From: a virus | Taxonomy: Duplodnaviria; Caudoviricetes | Direction: 5' to 3' (one strand) | DNA length: 64,000 bases | IMG/VR virus record: IMGVR_UViG_3300037067_009374 | Location: 27,076 to 91,075 of that record | Part shown: piece after piece, positions 31,872-42,690 of the stretch | Layout: every line of letters begins with the position of its first letter | Position numbering within the stretch: position 1 is the first letter of the stretch | The notes under the pieces: generated by a model | Told to the model about the DNA's origin: nothing | Database searches by the model: none | Seen by the model: the letters and a program-made list of their open reading frames with translations, nothing else | Made by a program: the position numbers and the translations under genes

Positions 31872-33380
31872 TTATTTTTCTTTTCTCCTTTTAATAAATT
31901 CCTTAATACTCATAAACTCCCAACCTTCATTCATGTAGGTACTTAGTCTTTCACCAAAATGAGAAGTAAGGAAGTAGTGGCTATTGTCAAAGTAATCAAC
32001 AATTAATACCTCTGACTTTTCACTTGTCTTCCTCAATCCTCTACCAGCAGTCTGTAAAGTCTGAATTTCTTCTTTACTACTAGAAGCATTTATCATCACA
32101 TCAAGAGAAGGAATATTGATTCCTTCTCGCCAAACTACGTTTGCGATGATACACTTGACTTCTTTCTTTTTCATAGATTCCTTCAAAGTATCTCGATTTT
32201 CAGTAGAAATAGCTCCTTTTATAAAAGGTACAAAGCAATTCAATTTATCCCTTAACATCCTTTGCAATTGCTCACCATGATCTATATTGGTAACAAATAC
32301 CAAAACAGATAGATCATTTGCTACAAGTTCAGCAGCATCGTTTACCTTTAACAAATTTGCTGCTTCATTGAACTTTACACCATGCTCATAGACTTCTGGG
32401 TACTTTCGGAGATTCTTTACGTGAGCAGAGAAAGGGACTTTACGAATACAAATTCTTGGTTCTGCAAGCAATTCTAAATTACTTCCTTCTTGGATAGTAA
32501 ACTCAGCAAGAACAGGACCAAGAAAAGATTCCATTGCTAATCTTTTTCTTGTGTAATCTTTTGGTACAGTAGCAGTTAAACCAATTCTTACTGGTGCATT
32601 GAGTTTAGTTAAGATTTCTGCATATTCCCCATTGAAGGAACTTAGATGGTGGCTTTCATCACAAATAACCACATCAAATTTATCAGTTATAGAATCTCCT
32701 AATTCTTCTACAATTCTTGCCATCGTTTGTCTTGTAGACAACCAGATTTTAGCTTCTCTCCTTTGTTTTTTAGTTCCATACATTTCAGTAAAATCAAAAC
32801 ACTTGAAGTCCCTCATATCATCTGCAAGTTGAGAGATAAGTCCTGTAGTATGGGCAAGAAAAAGAATATTTGAATCTAGGTGTGAATACATCAATCCCAT
32901 TGCAAGTAATGATTTTCCCATACCTGTAAAGCCTTGTAGAATGCCTCTTTTGTAGAGACAAGCACGATTAATATGATATATTTGGTCTTCTCTTAACTTT
33001 TCAAATTTTCTTCCATCAGAAAAAGTTACTTGGGGAAGTTCAGGGAACTGGAATTTTGGATAGATAGGAATAGTATCACAATTATACAAGTAACCTTTTT
33101 CTTTGCAAAACTTTTTCAATCTTGGTAAAAGACCTGTATATATTCCTATCAAATTAGACCCGAACTTTTTTGTTTTTACAAATACAGGATATTTCTGTTC
33201 TATAAACTCCTTATTAAAGGTTCCTTGTTTAACTCTTATATCATTGAAATAGAGACAATCTGTAAATACATCCAGATCATTTCTATCTCCAACTGCCCAA
33301 ATATTATTAATTATCCTAATATTGATCTTACGTAAGTTTTCGCTTCCTTTATTGTTTCCCTCAGTATTCCCTCCGTCCAT
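31872..33380 (-). CDS. Superfamily 2 DExH helicase (UvsW-like)
   Basis: TGMGKS, DESHH, GLTAT, EGINIP, QTAGRGLR. Confidence 0.92.
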   Translation of the reverse strand: MDGGNTEGNNKGSENLRKINIRIINNIWAVGDRNDLDVFTDCLYFNDIRVKQGTFNKEFIEQKYPVFVKTKKFGSNLIGIYTGLLPRLKKFCKEKGYLYNCDTIPIYPKFQFPELPQVTFSDGRKFEKLREDQIYHINRACLYKRGILQGFTGMGKSLLAMGLMYSHLDSNILFLAHTTGLISQLADDMRDFKCFDFTEMYGTKKQRREAKIWLSTRQTMARIVEELGDSITDKFDVVICDESHHLSSFNGEYAEILTKLNAPVRIGLTATVPKDYTRKRLAMESFLGPVLAEFTIQEGSNLELLAEPRICIRKVPFSAHVKNLRKYPEVYEHGVKFNEAANLLKVNDAAELVANDLSVLVFVTNIDHGEQLQRMLRDKLNCFVPFIKGAISTENRDTLKESMKKKEVKCIIANVVWREGINIPSLDVMINASSSKEEIQTLQTAGRGLRKTSEKSEVLIVDYFDNSHYFLTSHFGERLSTYMNEGWEFMSIKEFIKRRKEK

Positions 33381-36300
33381 CTCATCTCCTTTTTTGCCAT
33401 CTGAAAGATTTTTGTTGGTGTGATATTTTGTGTTGGATATGTTTTCATTGAAAATTCAATCAAAGACTTAGCCCTTCGTGAGAGGTGCTTATCAGTTTTA
33501 CCATTTGCTGCTTCATGTCTCATTAATGTTTCTTCAGGGTTCAAATAAGAACTTTCAAGGTTGTCTGTTTTGTAAATAAAACAATCATTATAGAGGATAT
33601 TATAAGCATCTTCAATTCCTTCTTTACATCTATTTTCTTTCATGATACTTTTCTCCTCATAGGTATGATTATTCCATTTTCTACTGGTGGCCTATACCCC
33701 CTTCTACCACTTACCACACAATCTCCTTGATAACAAGTTTTTGGACAGTCAGTGTGTTTTGTTTTTTGTCTATGAAGACACAAAATTTGGTTTATTCTAA
33801 TATGATTTTCAGTACACCAAAAGAATTTACCAGGAGTGTAATAAGAACACGCAGGGTTATTTGCTTGAATGAAATCTTTTGAAAATGGACATTTTCTTTT
33901 ATGAACCCATACTGCTTTTTCCCCATCCCCTCCTATGTTTTCTCTCATTCTGAATTTAGTTGGAACTTCCTCGTAGTAAGTACAATACTCACATAATTTT
34001 TCTCCCATAATTGTCTCCTTTTGTTAGTAGTAAGACACAAGGAAGAGCACTATTTCTAATGCTCGACCTTCTATCTACTACCTATAAGATTTGATCTTTT
34101 TCAATAATTCTATTATGTTTTTTACTTCTATTTCCTCTTCGTCAGAATCAATTTGAAAAGATTCAATTGGAATTTCTGTAATTGTTTCAAAATCATAATC
34201 CCATCTAGGATCACAAACTATTGATCCTAGATATCCTTCAAGATTAGTTTGGAGGAGTTTCATTTCCTTTGAAGTAAGTTGTATAGTAAATATTTCTGAC
34301 ATAGTTTTCCCTTTCTTTGATTTTGTTGTTTTGGGATTGTGTATAGAATTGATACTCTATAGAATATCACACTATATAAAAGTTTTTGCTAAAAAAGTAT
34401 TTGGAATCAACTTTTTCCTTCTGCTTTCTCTATTGCTTTCCTGAGCAATTTTGAAACAACAAATGCTGGATTATCAGTGGGATTAAGATTTTTGCCAATA
34501 ATCAGTTATTACTCTTGAAGCATAATTGTATCCATCATATCTACAGATGGTTGGAGTAGTTTTTTCCATTCCTTTAACTGATGGATGTGCAGGTCCATTT
34601 ATCGCTTTGATATGACCTATACTTCCATTATAATCTTTTGCCCAAGGTCCTGGTGTATGTTTCATTTAAACCACCTCCACATTCTTGAAGTAAAGTTGAT
34701 AAGTTTCTTTGGATCTTGTAGTACAATATTAAATCTTTCTTGATTCTCCTTTCCTAAGTTTTCATAAACTTTTATCATGGTAGAAATTGTAAACGTATCA
34801 ATGATAACTCCCTTAAGCATTACTTCGTTCGGTGCAATAGAAATGTATCTTTTTTCTTCGACATGTTTCCTCAGTAGATCAATGGTCAAAGACTCAATAG
34901 GTATCCCATTCTTACATTCTAGTTCTAATTCTTCAATAAATTCCTCATGTAGCTCTTCTGCTATTTTATGAGCTTTATCATCCATGCACACTCTCCTTTT
35001 TATTGATTAACTCCATTTGCTTCACTGTGACGATAAATTCTTTTGTTGTGATTTTTTCTGTTACCGGTATAAACTTACCTTCTTTGTCTGTTATTTCTAT
35101 AACCTGAACTTTTCCCCCTTTAAAAAATTCAAGTGCCCAAGCTCCTGGATTATAAGTAAAATCTTGTAGAACACATTCTGTTGATTTGTCCATAATTCTG
35201 GCAAGCTTGTAGAATGCTAGTTTAGCATCTGTCTTACTAATCATATGACGCTCCTTTACTTCTTACTCAAGGAAATCAAATAGATTAACTTCTTTAATTG
35301 ATTTCCTTCTCATAGGAATAACAACTTTTTCGGGTTCTTTATTCTTCCCTTTTAATTCTGTTGCAATTTGGTTCAAAGCTTGAATGTGAGATTCTGGAAA
35401 AAAGTTGTGTGGTTCTTTTCTACTGTTTGCTTGATCCACAAGCATAAAGAAATGTCATTCTGCCATTGCTTGAGCTTGAAATCTTGCCCATTCTAATGGG
35501 GTGTCCATTTATATTTACTCCTTCTTTTGGAATAACAAATCCGAGAAACACATGAACATTTTTCCAGTTCCAAATTCTGCTAAAGTTCTCAAATCTTTGT
35601 TCAAAATCGTGTGTGGACCTGAATAATATTCAGATTCCCGTAAAGAGTAATCAATAATGAAAATCTCATCTCCTTCTTTTAGGTTATCCCATAAAACTTG
35701 TTCAAGCCATGATTCTGGTTTTTCATACTGAATCGCTTCAGTTTCCATAGTTCTCCTTTCTCATCCAAGGTTAATTGCAAGTAACAATGCCAAATAGCAT
35801 AGTTCTCAGTCTATGCTATTATGGTATTATTAATTGCTTGTGTTAAGCCATCTATTCTGATATTTCTTTTTGTGTGCTTTATATCCAATTACATAGCCGA
35901 CACAAAACGAAAAACACATTAAGGATACACCTATCAATAATACAAATCCATCAACTGTTACTGGATGTATCATTCTTTTCTCCCTTATTCAGGAATTGTT
36001 TGAATAATAACAGGTTGCACTAACACTTTTTTCTTAAACATCTCGTTGGTATTTTCTCTGAGAAATTTTGCTCTTGCCTTACAATCTTCTAAGGCAAGAG
36101 GTTCTTTATCAGGATTTGGAAAAGTCATAGAATCTAATCTATGTTCACAACCTTCCCACAACACATCATTCCTTATGTTGTGGATGATAATGCAACAACA
36201 ATATTTAGAATATACCTTTTCATTCATTATACCACCCTCCCACTCATCTGATGAACATTACGACCACCACAAGAAATCTTCGGATCAGCTTTGTAAGCCC

Positions 36301-37302
36301 AATTCAATCTGTACCAAAAGTATCATCTTGACATTGTTGACAGAAACCAGAAATTCTATACTCCTTCACAGAAATTTCATTTCTAAACCCACCAACTTCT
36401 TTTTTACACCAAACACAAATTTTCTTTTTGTGAGCATCTTGCCTTGAAATACCTGTTTGTGAGGTAAGTAAATCATCAATTTCTTTTGCTTTTGGAGTAG
36501 TAGTAATAATGTTTTCTTTAACGAGAGGGAGAAACTCAGCATTCAATGGGAGTCTATCATAGAAGTGTTCAGGAATTTCTCCTTGATGCCATAAGTTTCT
36601 TGTTTCAACTTCTCTTCCATCAAAGAATCCAACAATGAATTTATTCCCACCATAACCGAGCCACCTTAAACTTCCAGTAGTTACTGGACCAATTATGTAA
36701 TGATGGGGTTTTCCATACATATTAGATGCTCTGACAGTATTTGGATCGTCTTTTACAGCAATTACTTCTATCCAAAAATTACAATTGAAGCAAAGTTTTT
36801 GGTCATAGAGTTTCTGGTTGATTTCGTGAAACCACGAAAGTGTTTCTACTTTCCCACACTCGTGGCATGTTACTTTTTCTCCCATTAAGGATGATCCATC
36901 AATAGATTTTTCTGCCATTTTAATTCTCCCTTTCTCTTGTTTTGAATTGTTATTATTTATTCACCTGATAAATGTAATTCATACCGATTTTAGCAGTAGT
37001 AAATCTGCCTGAAGTATTGTTCCATACATCTACATACTGTTGTACCTCTTCCAGAGAAAAGACACCATCTCCAAAAAGGTCACTAACTTCTTTGAGGGAA
37101 AGGCTAAATAGTTCTTCTTTTTCTTTTTGATTCATGATTTCCCTTTTCTCAGTTGAAGGTTAATTATATACCCTAAGAACACAATTTGTGTAAATGCAAC
37201 ATATTGACCTTTCAATTGATCTACATGGTGCACGTAAGACAAAAGAGGAAACTTGATTATAGGTTTATCAACTTCCTTTATTTTTATCATTTCTCTCTCC
37301 TC

Positions 37303-38058
37303 TCAGTTAAGTTTCTTTTGATTTCCAATTTCTTGTCTCGGTGTTCCGTTTAATGGTTGGGAAAGATTCACTTTCTTACCTTCTTCTACCCCATGAACGT
37401 AAGCACTTCTATTACCTTTCAGTTGCACCCCCTGTGATTTTATTAGTTTTGGAAAATGTTCTGCTGTAAATTCTTTTACAGCTTGATCCTTGACAACTAC
37501 AAGGGCTTTACAGTCTGAAATAACATTCCTCTTATCATACATCTTCCTCAATCGTTCACATATTGATGATACCATTCCGTGAGCAAAGTTATTCCTTTCA
37601 TTAAGATTTGAATACGAAGAAGTACTCATTCTTCCTATAGTCCTTCGCAGATATTTGTGAAGCCAAATACTTATTTCAACGTCTGCCTTGAACCCCATAA
37701 AACATAATGACCATTCCATTCTGACATTGTTTTTGTCAAGTGAAGGATATGGCTTATTAACAAGCTTCACATCAAATGCTTTGGATATACCATTTGCAAG
37801 TACAGATTCCCACAAATCTCGCCTCTTACCCATTCCAGGAATGTCTTCCCTAACAAGATTTTCTCTTATCTTACCAGGTTTGTTATTTCCATTCTCTGAA
37901 ATGTCAGCCATTGATAGTGAAAACTTCTCCATCAATTCTGCTGCTTTGTCCATTGCTGATACTGCTTCATTCTCATTTGGACTTGTAGCAAGAGCAAGTA
38001 ATTTCTGGAGTTTACTCACCATTTTTGCTTGTTCTTCTTTGGATAGTCTTTCAGTCAT
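37303..38058 (-). CDS. DUF2786-like domain protein
   Basis: KLQKLLALATSPNENEA..A..KA..LM; start 38058 has an SD. Confidence 0.75.
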   Translation of the reverse strand: MTERLSKEEQAKMVSKLQKLLALATSPNENEAVSAMDKAAELMEKFSLSMADISENGNNKPGKIRENLVREDIPGMGKRRDLWESVLANGISKAFDVKLVNKPYPSLDKNNVRMEWSLCFMGFKADVEISIWLHKYLRRTIGRMSTSSYSNLNERNNFAHGMVSSICERLRKMYDKRNVISDCKALVVVKDQAVKEFTAEHFPKLIKSQGVQLKGNRSAYVHGVEEGKKVNLSQPLNGTPRQEIGNQKKLN

Positions 38059-38407
38059 GTTTTCTCCTTCTCTCTTGTTAAAGGTTAAGTTCAATGTTTA
38101 TTAGTACAAGGAAAGGGACTCAATTTCGAATCCCTTTACCTTCTACTAATAAGTTATTAAGTTACAAAGATAACATCTTCCTTTTCAGGATTTGTATTAC
38201 CCCTACAGGAACACAATCATAGAAAAAATCATAATACTCTTGAGCTGCTTTTTCTGCATCTGGAAGTTTATCGTCAGACTGAAGATGGAAAGGATAAGTT
38301 TCCACGATTGGAATAAACTTTTGATATTTTCCATCAATTGTACTGCCCAGATTATCTCCAATCGCCAGCTTGAATGTTTTTTCTTTTACCATGTTTTCTC
38401 TCCTCTC

Positions 38408-39193
38408 TTAATAATGAAGTTTTCCTTCAGTCACGATAGTTTGTTTCACAAAACCATGCTTCACAAAATACTTCACATTTTTACTATCAGTGATATAAGT
38501 CCTGATAGTAATTTCTTTGATTCCAGGAAACTGTTCCATTGTTGTATCAAGGATTTCTTTCTGAGTATGTGTGCCTTCAGTTATCAATCCCTCTATGAAC
38601 TTAACTTTTTCGTATCCAGCACCTTTAACTCTTTTTGTACCAGAAGTAGTTGGGGTTGAAGTAGAAACAACCTTTTTCACTTTCTTCGGACCTTTTGTCT
38701 TAATTGTGCAATAAGCATACGACTTTGGATAATCAACTTTACAAGCTTCACAAGCAGGATCAGTTACATCTTGCTTTCCATACACATCACAAGGCATGTC
38801 AGATCCTTCACCTTGCCATGCATCAGCAATTTCATTTTCATTTGTACCTTCCTCTTTCACTTCCTCTTTCACTTCTCCCTGCTTCGCTTGTTCAGCTTCA
38901 GCTTTTTCCTCTTCAGGATACTTGCCAAAATTTCTTGTTATTCCATCAGTATCAACTTCAGGTTGAGTATTAACTCCTTCTGTTACAACTTTTTCAGCTT
39001 CAGGTTCAACAATTTTTGCATCAGATTTAGTATCTGCATTTCTTTTGATTAATACCTTTGCTTCTACGATTGCAGCAATAGCTGCCTCTTTTTCTATCTT
39101 GAACTCCTTTTTAAGGGTTGTGATAACTTTGGATTCTTTCATAGAATCCAACAACTCGACTGCACGATTAGCCATAACTTGTTCTACCGTCAT
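38408..39193 (-). CDS. Acidic protein with Cys cluster and the shared C-terminal helical domain
   Basis: C...ACEAC...YC; C-terminal KFIEGLITEGTHTQKEI...TYITDSKN; start 39193 has an SD. Confidence 0.7.
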   Translation of the reverse strand: MTVEQVMANRAVELLDSMKESKVITTLKKEFKIEKEAAIAAIVEAKVLIKRNADTKSDAKIVEPEAEKVVTEGVNTQPEVDTDGITRNFGKYPEEEKAEAEQAKQGEVKEEVKEEGTNENEIADAWQGEGSDMPCDVYGKQDVTDPACEACKVDYPKSYAYCTIKTKGPKKVKKVVSTSTPTTSGTKRVKGAGYEKVKFIEGLITEGTHTQKEILDTTMEQFPGIKEITIRTYITDSKNVKYFVKHGFVKQTIVTEGKLHY

Positions 39194-39292
39194 TTGATTC
39201 TCCTCTTTTCTCTCTTGGTTAAGGTTTATTACTACTGACACACAGGTACAAGGAAGTGCTCTAAAAAAGAGCACAACCTTCTAACTGCGTTT

Positions 39293-40168
39293 TTAGTGTA
39301 CTGTCATCCTGTTCAGGTAAATGTTGTTAAAAGTTTTTGCTACATGAGGTTCAACATCAGCTTTCCTCATCTCACTTTCAATGTTGTGGGTTACATATTG
39401 AGAAACAACATTGTGAAATCCCCAAAGAGTAAGTTCCTCACGCTCAAGAGTAGCAGGCAACAAGATTTGTGTACCTGCTTCAGGTAAAGCTTCAATCTTT
39501 TCTTTCTCATTTGGAGAGAAAGGTAATGCATCCCAGATTTCGTCGTAAACTTCTTGTCCAATCTGAGTCTCAGCCCATTTCTTCCAAATCTCGTTTTGTT
39601 CAGAAAAAGCGATTAGGGTTTCTTTCATAGCATTAATTGCACTATCCAAATCCAGTGTAGAAATATGGCGATTAATGTAGTTGAACTGTTTTCCTTTTAC
39701 AGGAATCATTGCTCCATTCGAGCAAATCTTCCTGAACACACCACCATCGCCACGAACTTTCCATTGGAGATCATAACTTGATCTGAATACGATTGTTGGA
39801 ATTACTTCATCACCAACATTTACCTCTCTCATCATTTCTGGAAAGTTGACAGTTAATTTCATCTTTGCTCCAGAATATGGCAAAGATATGCCAAGTTCCG
39901 GTATACCATATTCTGGTACTGCTAGACAAGCATCATGAACCTGCTTGACAATCTCTTCATGCCGAACAAGTTTGTACTCGTCACTGGCGATTGAAAACAG
40001 ATTGTCAGTATCATAGTCCACAATGCCAAATCTGCCTTCAGCAAGAATCTTTTCTCTGCGACCGAAGAAAATTGGAACCTTTCCTGTATTTGGAAATTTA
40101 CGATCAGGAAAAAGTTCAGAACAAAGATCCTTTGCTGCATTAAGATACTCCACAGTTCCGATTTCCAT
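39293..40168 (-). CDS. DUF932/DUF945-family early protein
   Basis: S..YKLVRHEE, SYD, FRKICSNG, H, TLWGFHN...YVTH. Confidence 0.75.
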   Translation of the reverse strand: MEIGTVEYLNAAKDLCSELFPDRKFPNTGKVPIFFGRREKILAEGRFGIVDYDTDNLFSIASDEYKLVRHEEIVKQVHDACLAVPEYGIPELGISLPYSGAKMKLTVNFPEMMREVNVGDEVIPTIVFRSSYDLQWKVRGDGGVFRKICSNGAMIPVKGKQFNYINRHISTLDLDSAINAMKETLIAFSEQNEIWKKWAETQIGQEVYDEIWDALPFSPNEKEKIEALPEAGTQILLPATLEREELTLWGFHNVVSQYVTHNIESEMRKADVEPHVAKTFNNIYLNRMTVH

Positions 40169-40268
40169 GATTTTCTCCCTTCTCTCAAGTTGAATTGTTC
40201 ACTTCAATAAGTTCACAGTTATAAGGAAAGAGACTCAGAATAGAATCTCTAACCTTATATCTGTTACT

Positions 40269-40574
40269 TTATAAAGGACTTACATCTGTTCTATATTCAC
40301 AGAACAGATCACTTATAGCCATTTTACGAATGAATTCCACAGATTCTTTCACACCACCAGAACAGTTTGTAGTGTCAAACCTTACTACGTGTGCAATAAC
40401 TTGAGCAACTATCCTGTCATCAACTTTCATGATGAAAGATCCACACCATAAAGGTAGACAAGAAAAATCAAGATTAGCTCCTTGCAGATCAGCCCCTTGC
40501 AGATCAGCCCCTTCACCATCTTCTTTACCATTCAACCAAAGTTCATGCTTCCTCAATACTTCTTGTAAATTCAT
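40269..40574 (-). CDS. Pentapeptide-repeat protein
   Basis: ADLQG repeats, DFSCLPLWCGS; N-terminus identical to that of 31296-31712. Confidence 0.85.
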   Translation of the reverse strand: MNLQEVLRKHELWLNGKEDGEGADLQGADLQGANLDFSCLPLWCGSFIMKVDDRIVAQVIAHVVRFDTTNCSGGVKESVEFIRKMAISDLFCEYRTDVSPL

Positions 40575-41386
40575 TTTTTCTCTCCTTCTCTCTTGTAATG
40601 AAGTTGTGAGTTAAAAGCAGTATTGCCCTATCATCAGATTGACACAAGAACTAGGAGGTTTATGCTTTCCTCCTAGAATTTCTGTCAACATGAGTTTTAC
40701 TTCATATTCGTAATCCAGAAATGCTTAAATCATTCTCCATTTAATTGTAGTAGAAAACATGTCCAAAAAACAGTCAATCTCTTCCGTAGTTCCAGTAGCA
40801 TAGTACCAACAATGATCTATGATGCTATACCATTTAATCTTGAACAACTTATTCTTTTTCATTTTCATTTCTCCTTTTCTCTTGTGTTGTGATTAAATGA
40901 CCAATTATTGTCTACTCAAATAGAATGGACAATAACCCAACATTTAATTCTTGTGAAATTCCATGTAAGTATAGATTGAAATACCGTTGTAATATGCCAA
41001 ATCTTTTAAATAAGAAAACTCTTTGCTAAGACAATCCTCATTGAACATTCTTGCTCCATTTTTCTTGATATATTCCTTAAGCTTTTTCTTCTCAGTTTTA
41101 CCTAATTTCCTAATAGTTAGATTCATTTCATTTCTCCTTTTCTCTCGTTTAGAATAAGTTCACCAAAAACACTTTGCTTTGCAGTAAAGAAACCAAAATA
41201 TCGTGCAAAACACCCAAATTCGCAGTATAAAGTGTGCTTTTTCAGTCAGTAGCCATAATTCAGCATCACATTCTCTTAACCTATAAATGTCAAAAGAACA
41301 CAATTCAGAATAAGCTAAATAACTGAAAATATTAGCTTTTTAACTGTAATTGTATCTCTTTTCTCAATTGATACTATTAACATCAT

Positions 41387-41428
41387 AAAGCAGTCAGATA
41401 AACAGAATCAAGAGTTTATCTGACTGCT
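41387..41428 (-). terminator. Intrinsic terminator-like hairpin after ORF 41436-41870
   Basis: 15-bp stem AGCAGTCAGATAAAC/GTTTATCTGACTGCT with a short U run on the minus strand. Confidence 0.6.
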
Positions 41429-41435
41429 ATAGCTG

Positions 41436-41870
41436 CTAATAGTGAAGTATGTTGCGTGCGTTTGTCAAAGTCAGCGCGTCAAACTTGTGCACTCTGAAGT
41501 ATCGCTCATTTTTCGAATCAGTGATATACGTGCGTACTGTGATGACAGCGAGATCATTGAACGCTTGACAAGTAAGCGCGACAACTTCTTTTTGAGTGTA
41601 TCGCGCTTGACTGATAAGAGATTCGATAAACTTTACACAAGAGTGCTTATCAGACTTTGCACGTTTGACTTTGTTGCTCTTGTCGAGTCTGATAGTTGAA
41701 ACATCGACATTATGACGAATCGCTCGACGCTCTGCTATACGTTGCAGAGTGCTTTTCTTTTCTTCAACTACTTCGCGTTGAACGTAAGCACGTGCGTTTC
41801 TGTCAGTCAAAAGCTCTTCAATCGAAGCGTTTTCGACGTTAACAACTCTTTTACGAAGTATTGTTTTCAT
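41436..41870 (-). CDS. Early protein with no Gly/Pro/Trp; paralog of the C-terminal domain of 38408-39193
   Basis: KFIESLISQARYTQKEV...TVRTYITDSKN...LHY. Confidence 0.85.
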   Translation of the reverse strand: MKTILRKRVVNVENASIEELLTDRNARAYVQREVVEEKKSTLQRIAERRAIRHNVDVSTIRLDKSNKVKRAKSDKHSCVKFIESLISQARYTQKEVVALTCQAFNDLAVITVRTYITDSKNERYFRVHKFDALTLTNARNILHY

Positions 41871-41898
41871 TGTTTTCTCTCTTTCTCTTGATTAGAAG

Positions 41899-42090
41899 TT
41901 AATTGCGTGAAAATCGTTTTCTCGTCTTTTTCTTAACGTCTTTCTCACACTCATCACAGTAGTAACTAGAACTATCTTTCAAATCTTTTCTGCATATTGC
42001 ACAAGTAACAGAATCAAAGCGTTTAAAGAACTTACTTGAATTATAAAACTTGTTTCTCTTACGTAAAACTACATTACATATCATAAGCAC
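41899..42090 (-). CDS. Small basic CxxC-CxxC zinc-finger protein (no Gly/Pro/Trp)
   Basis: CAIC...CDEC; purine-rich upstream sequence. Confidence 0.6.
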   Translation of the reverse strand: MLMICNVVLRKRNKFYNSSKFFKRFDSVTCAICRKDLKDSSSYYCDECEKDVKKKTRKRFSRN

Positions 42091-42159
42091 TCATTTCTTT
42101 AATTGTTCAAAGCATTTTTAATTCTTATCTCTTATCTAATGAGAGTGCAAAAGAATGAA

Positions 42160-42333
42160 TTAGTGTTTGATTGCATCACACACAAAGTTTTTCAGCAGAA
42201 TAAAGTGAATTTCTCTGCTATTCTTTTCTATCAATTCGCGTGCAAAAGATACTTGTCTATTTTCTGCTATCATGTTTCTAAGCATTTTATTTTGATGTTT
42301 AAGTAAATCAATTTTCAAAGTGTCATCATTCAT
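42160..42333 (-). CDS. 57-aa early protein enclosed by inverted repeats
   Basis: Below the ORF-track cutoff. MNDDTLKIDLLKHQNKMLRNMIAENRQVSFARELIEKNSREIHFILLKNFVCDAIKH; SD-like GAAAGTGAG. Confidence 0.65.
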   Translation of the reverse strand: MNDDTLKIDLLKHQNKMLRNMIAENRQVSFARELIEKNSREIHFILLKNFVCDAIKH

Positions 42334-42447
42334 TGTATTTGCTCACTTTCATAGCACTCTCATTAAAAAAGAGATAAGACAAAAACACTTGTCTTATTCA
42401 ACTATAAATCTAATCAGTCTCTTATTTATGCATAGCACAAAAAGAAA

Positions 42448-42663
42448 TTAAATCAGACATTCTTTTGCAGAAAACATACAATCTCTAGATTCAATCAAGT
42501 AAGCTTCTAAATCTTGATAAACATCTTCTGACATTTCGCAATCGTCATTACTTGCACTTGTCAAAAGATTTTCTCTTCTTGCGCGTCTTATATCGCTTAA
42601 TAGTGTTGCAATATCATTTCTTAACTCTTCAGTTTGTTCGTAAAACAATTGTTTTGTTATCAT
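42448..42663 (-). CDS. 71-aa acidic helical early protein enclosed by inverted repeats
   Basis: Likely start 42663 (MITKQLF...) after GAAATGAG. Confidence 0.7.
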   Translation of the reverse strand: MITKQLFYEQTEELRNDIATLLSDIRRARRENLLTSASNDDCEMSEDVYQDLEAYLIESRDCMFSAKECLI

Positions 42664-42690
42664 ACTAAACTCATTTCTAGTGCTATGCAT

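Noticed and set aside
963-40614. Numerous plus-strand ORFs in the left arm
   Set aside because: They are antisense shadows of well-supported minus-strand genes, with no recognisable motifs.
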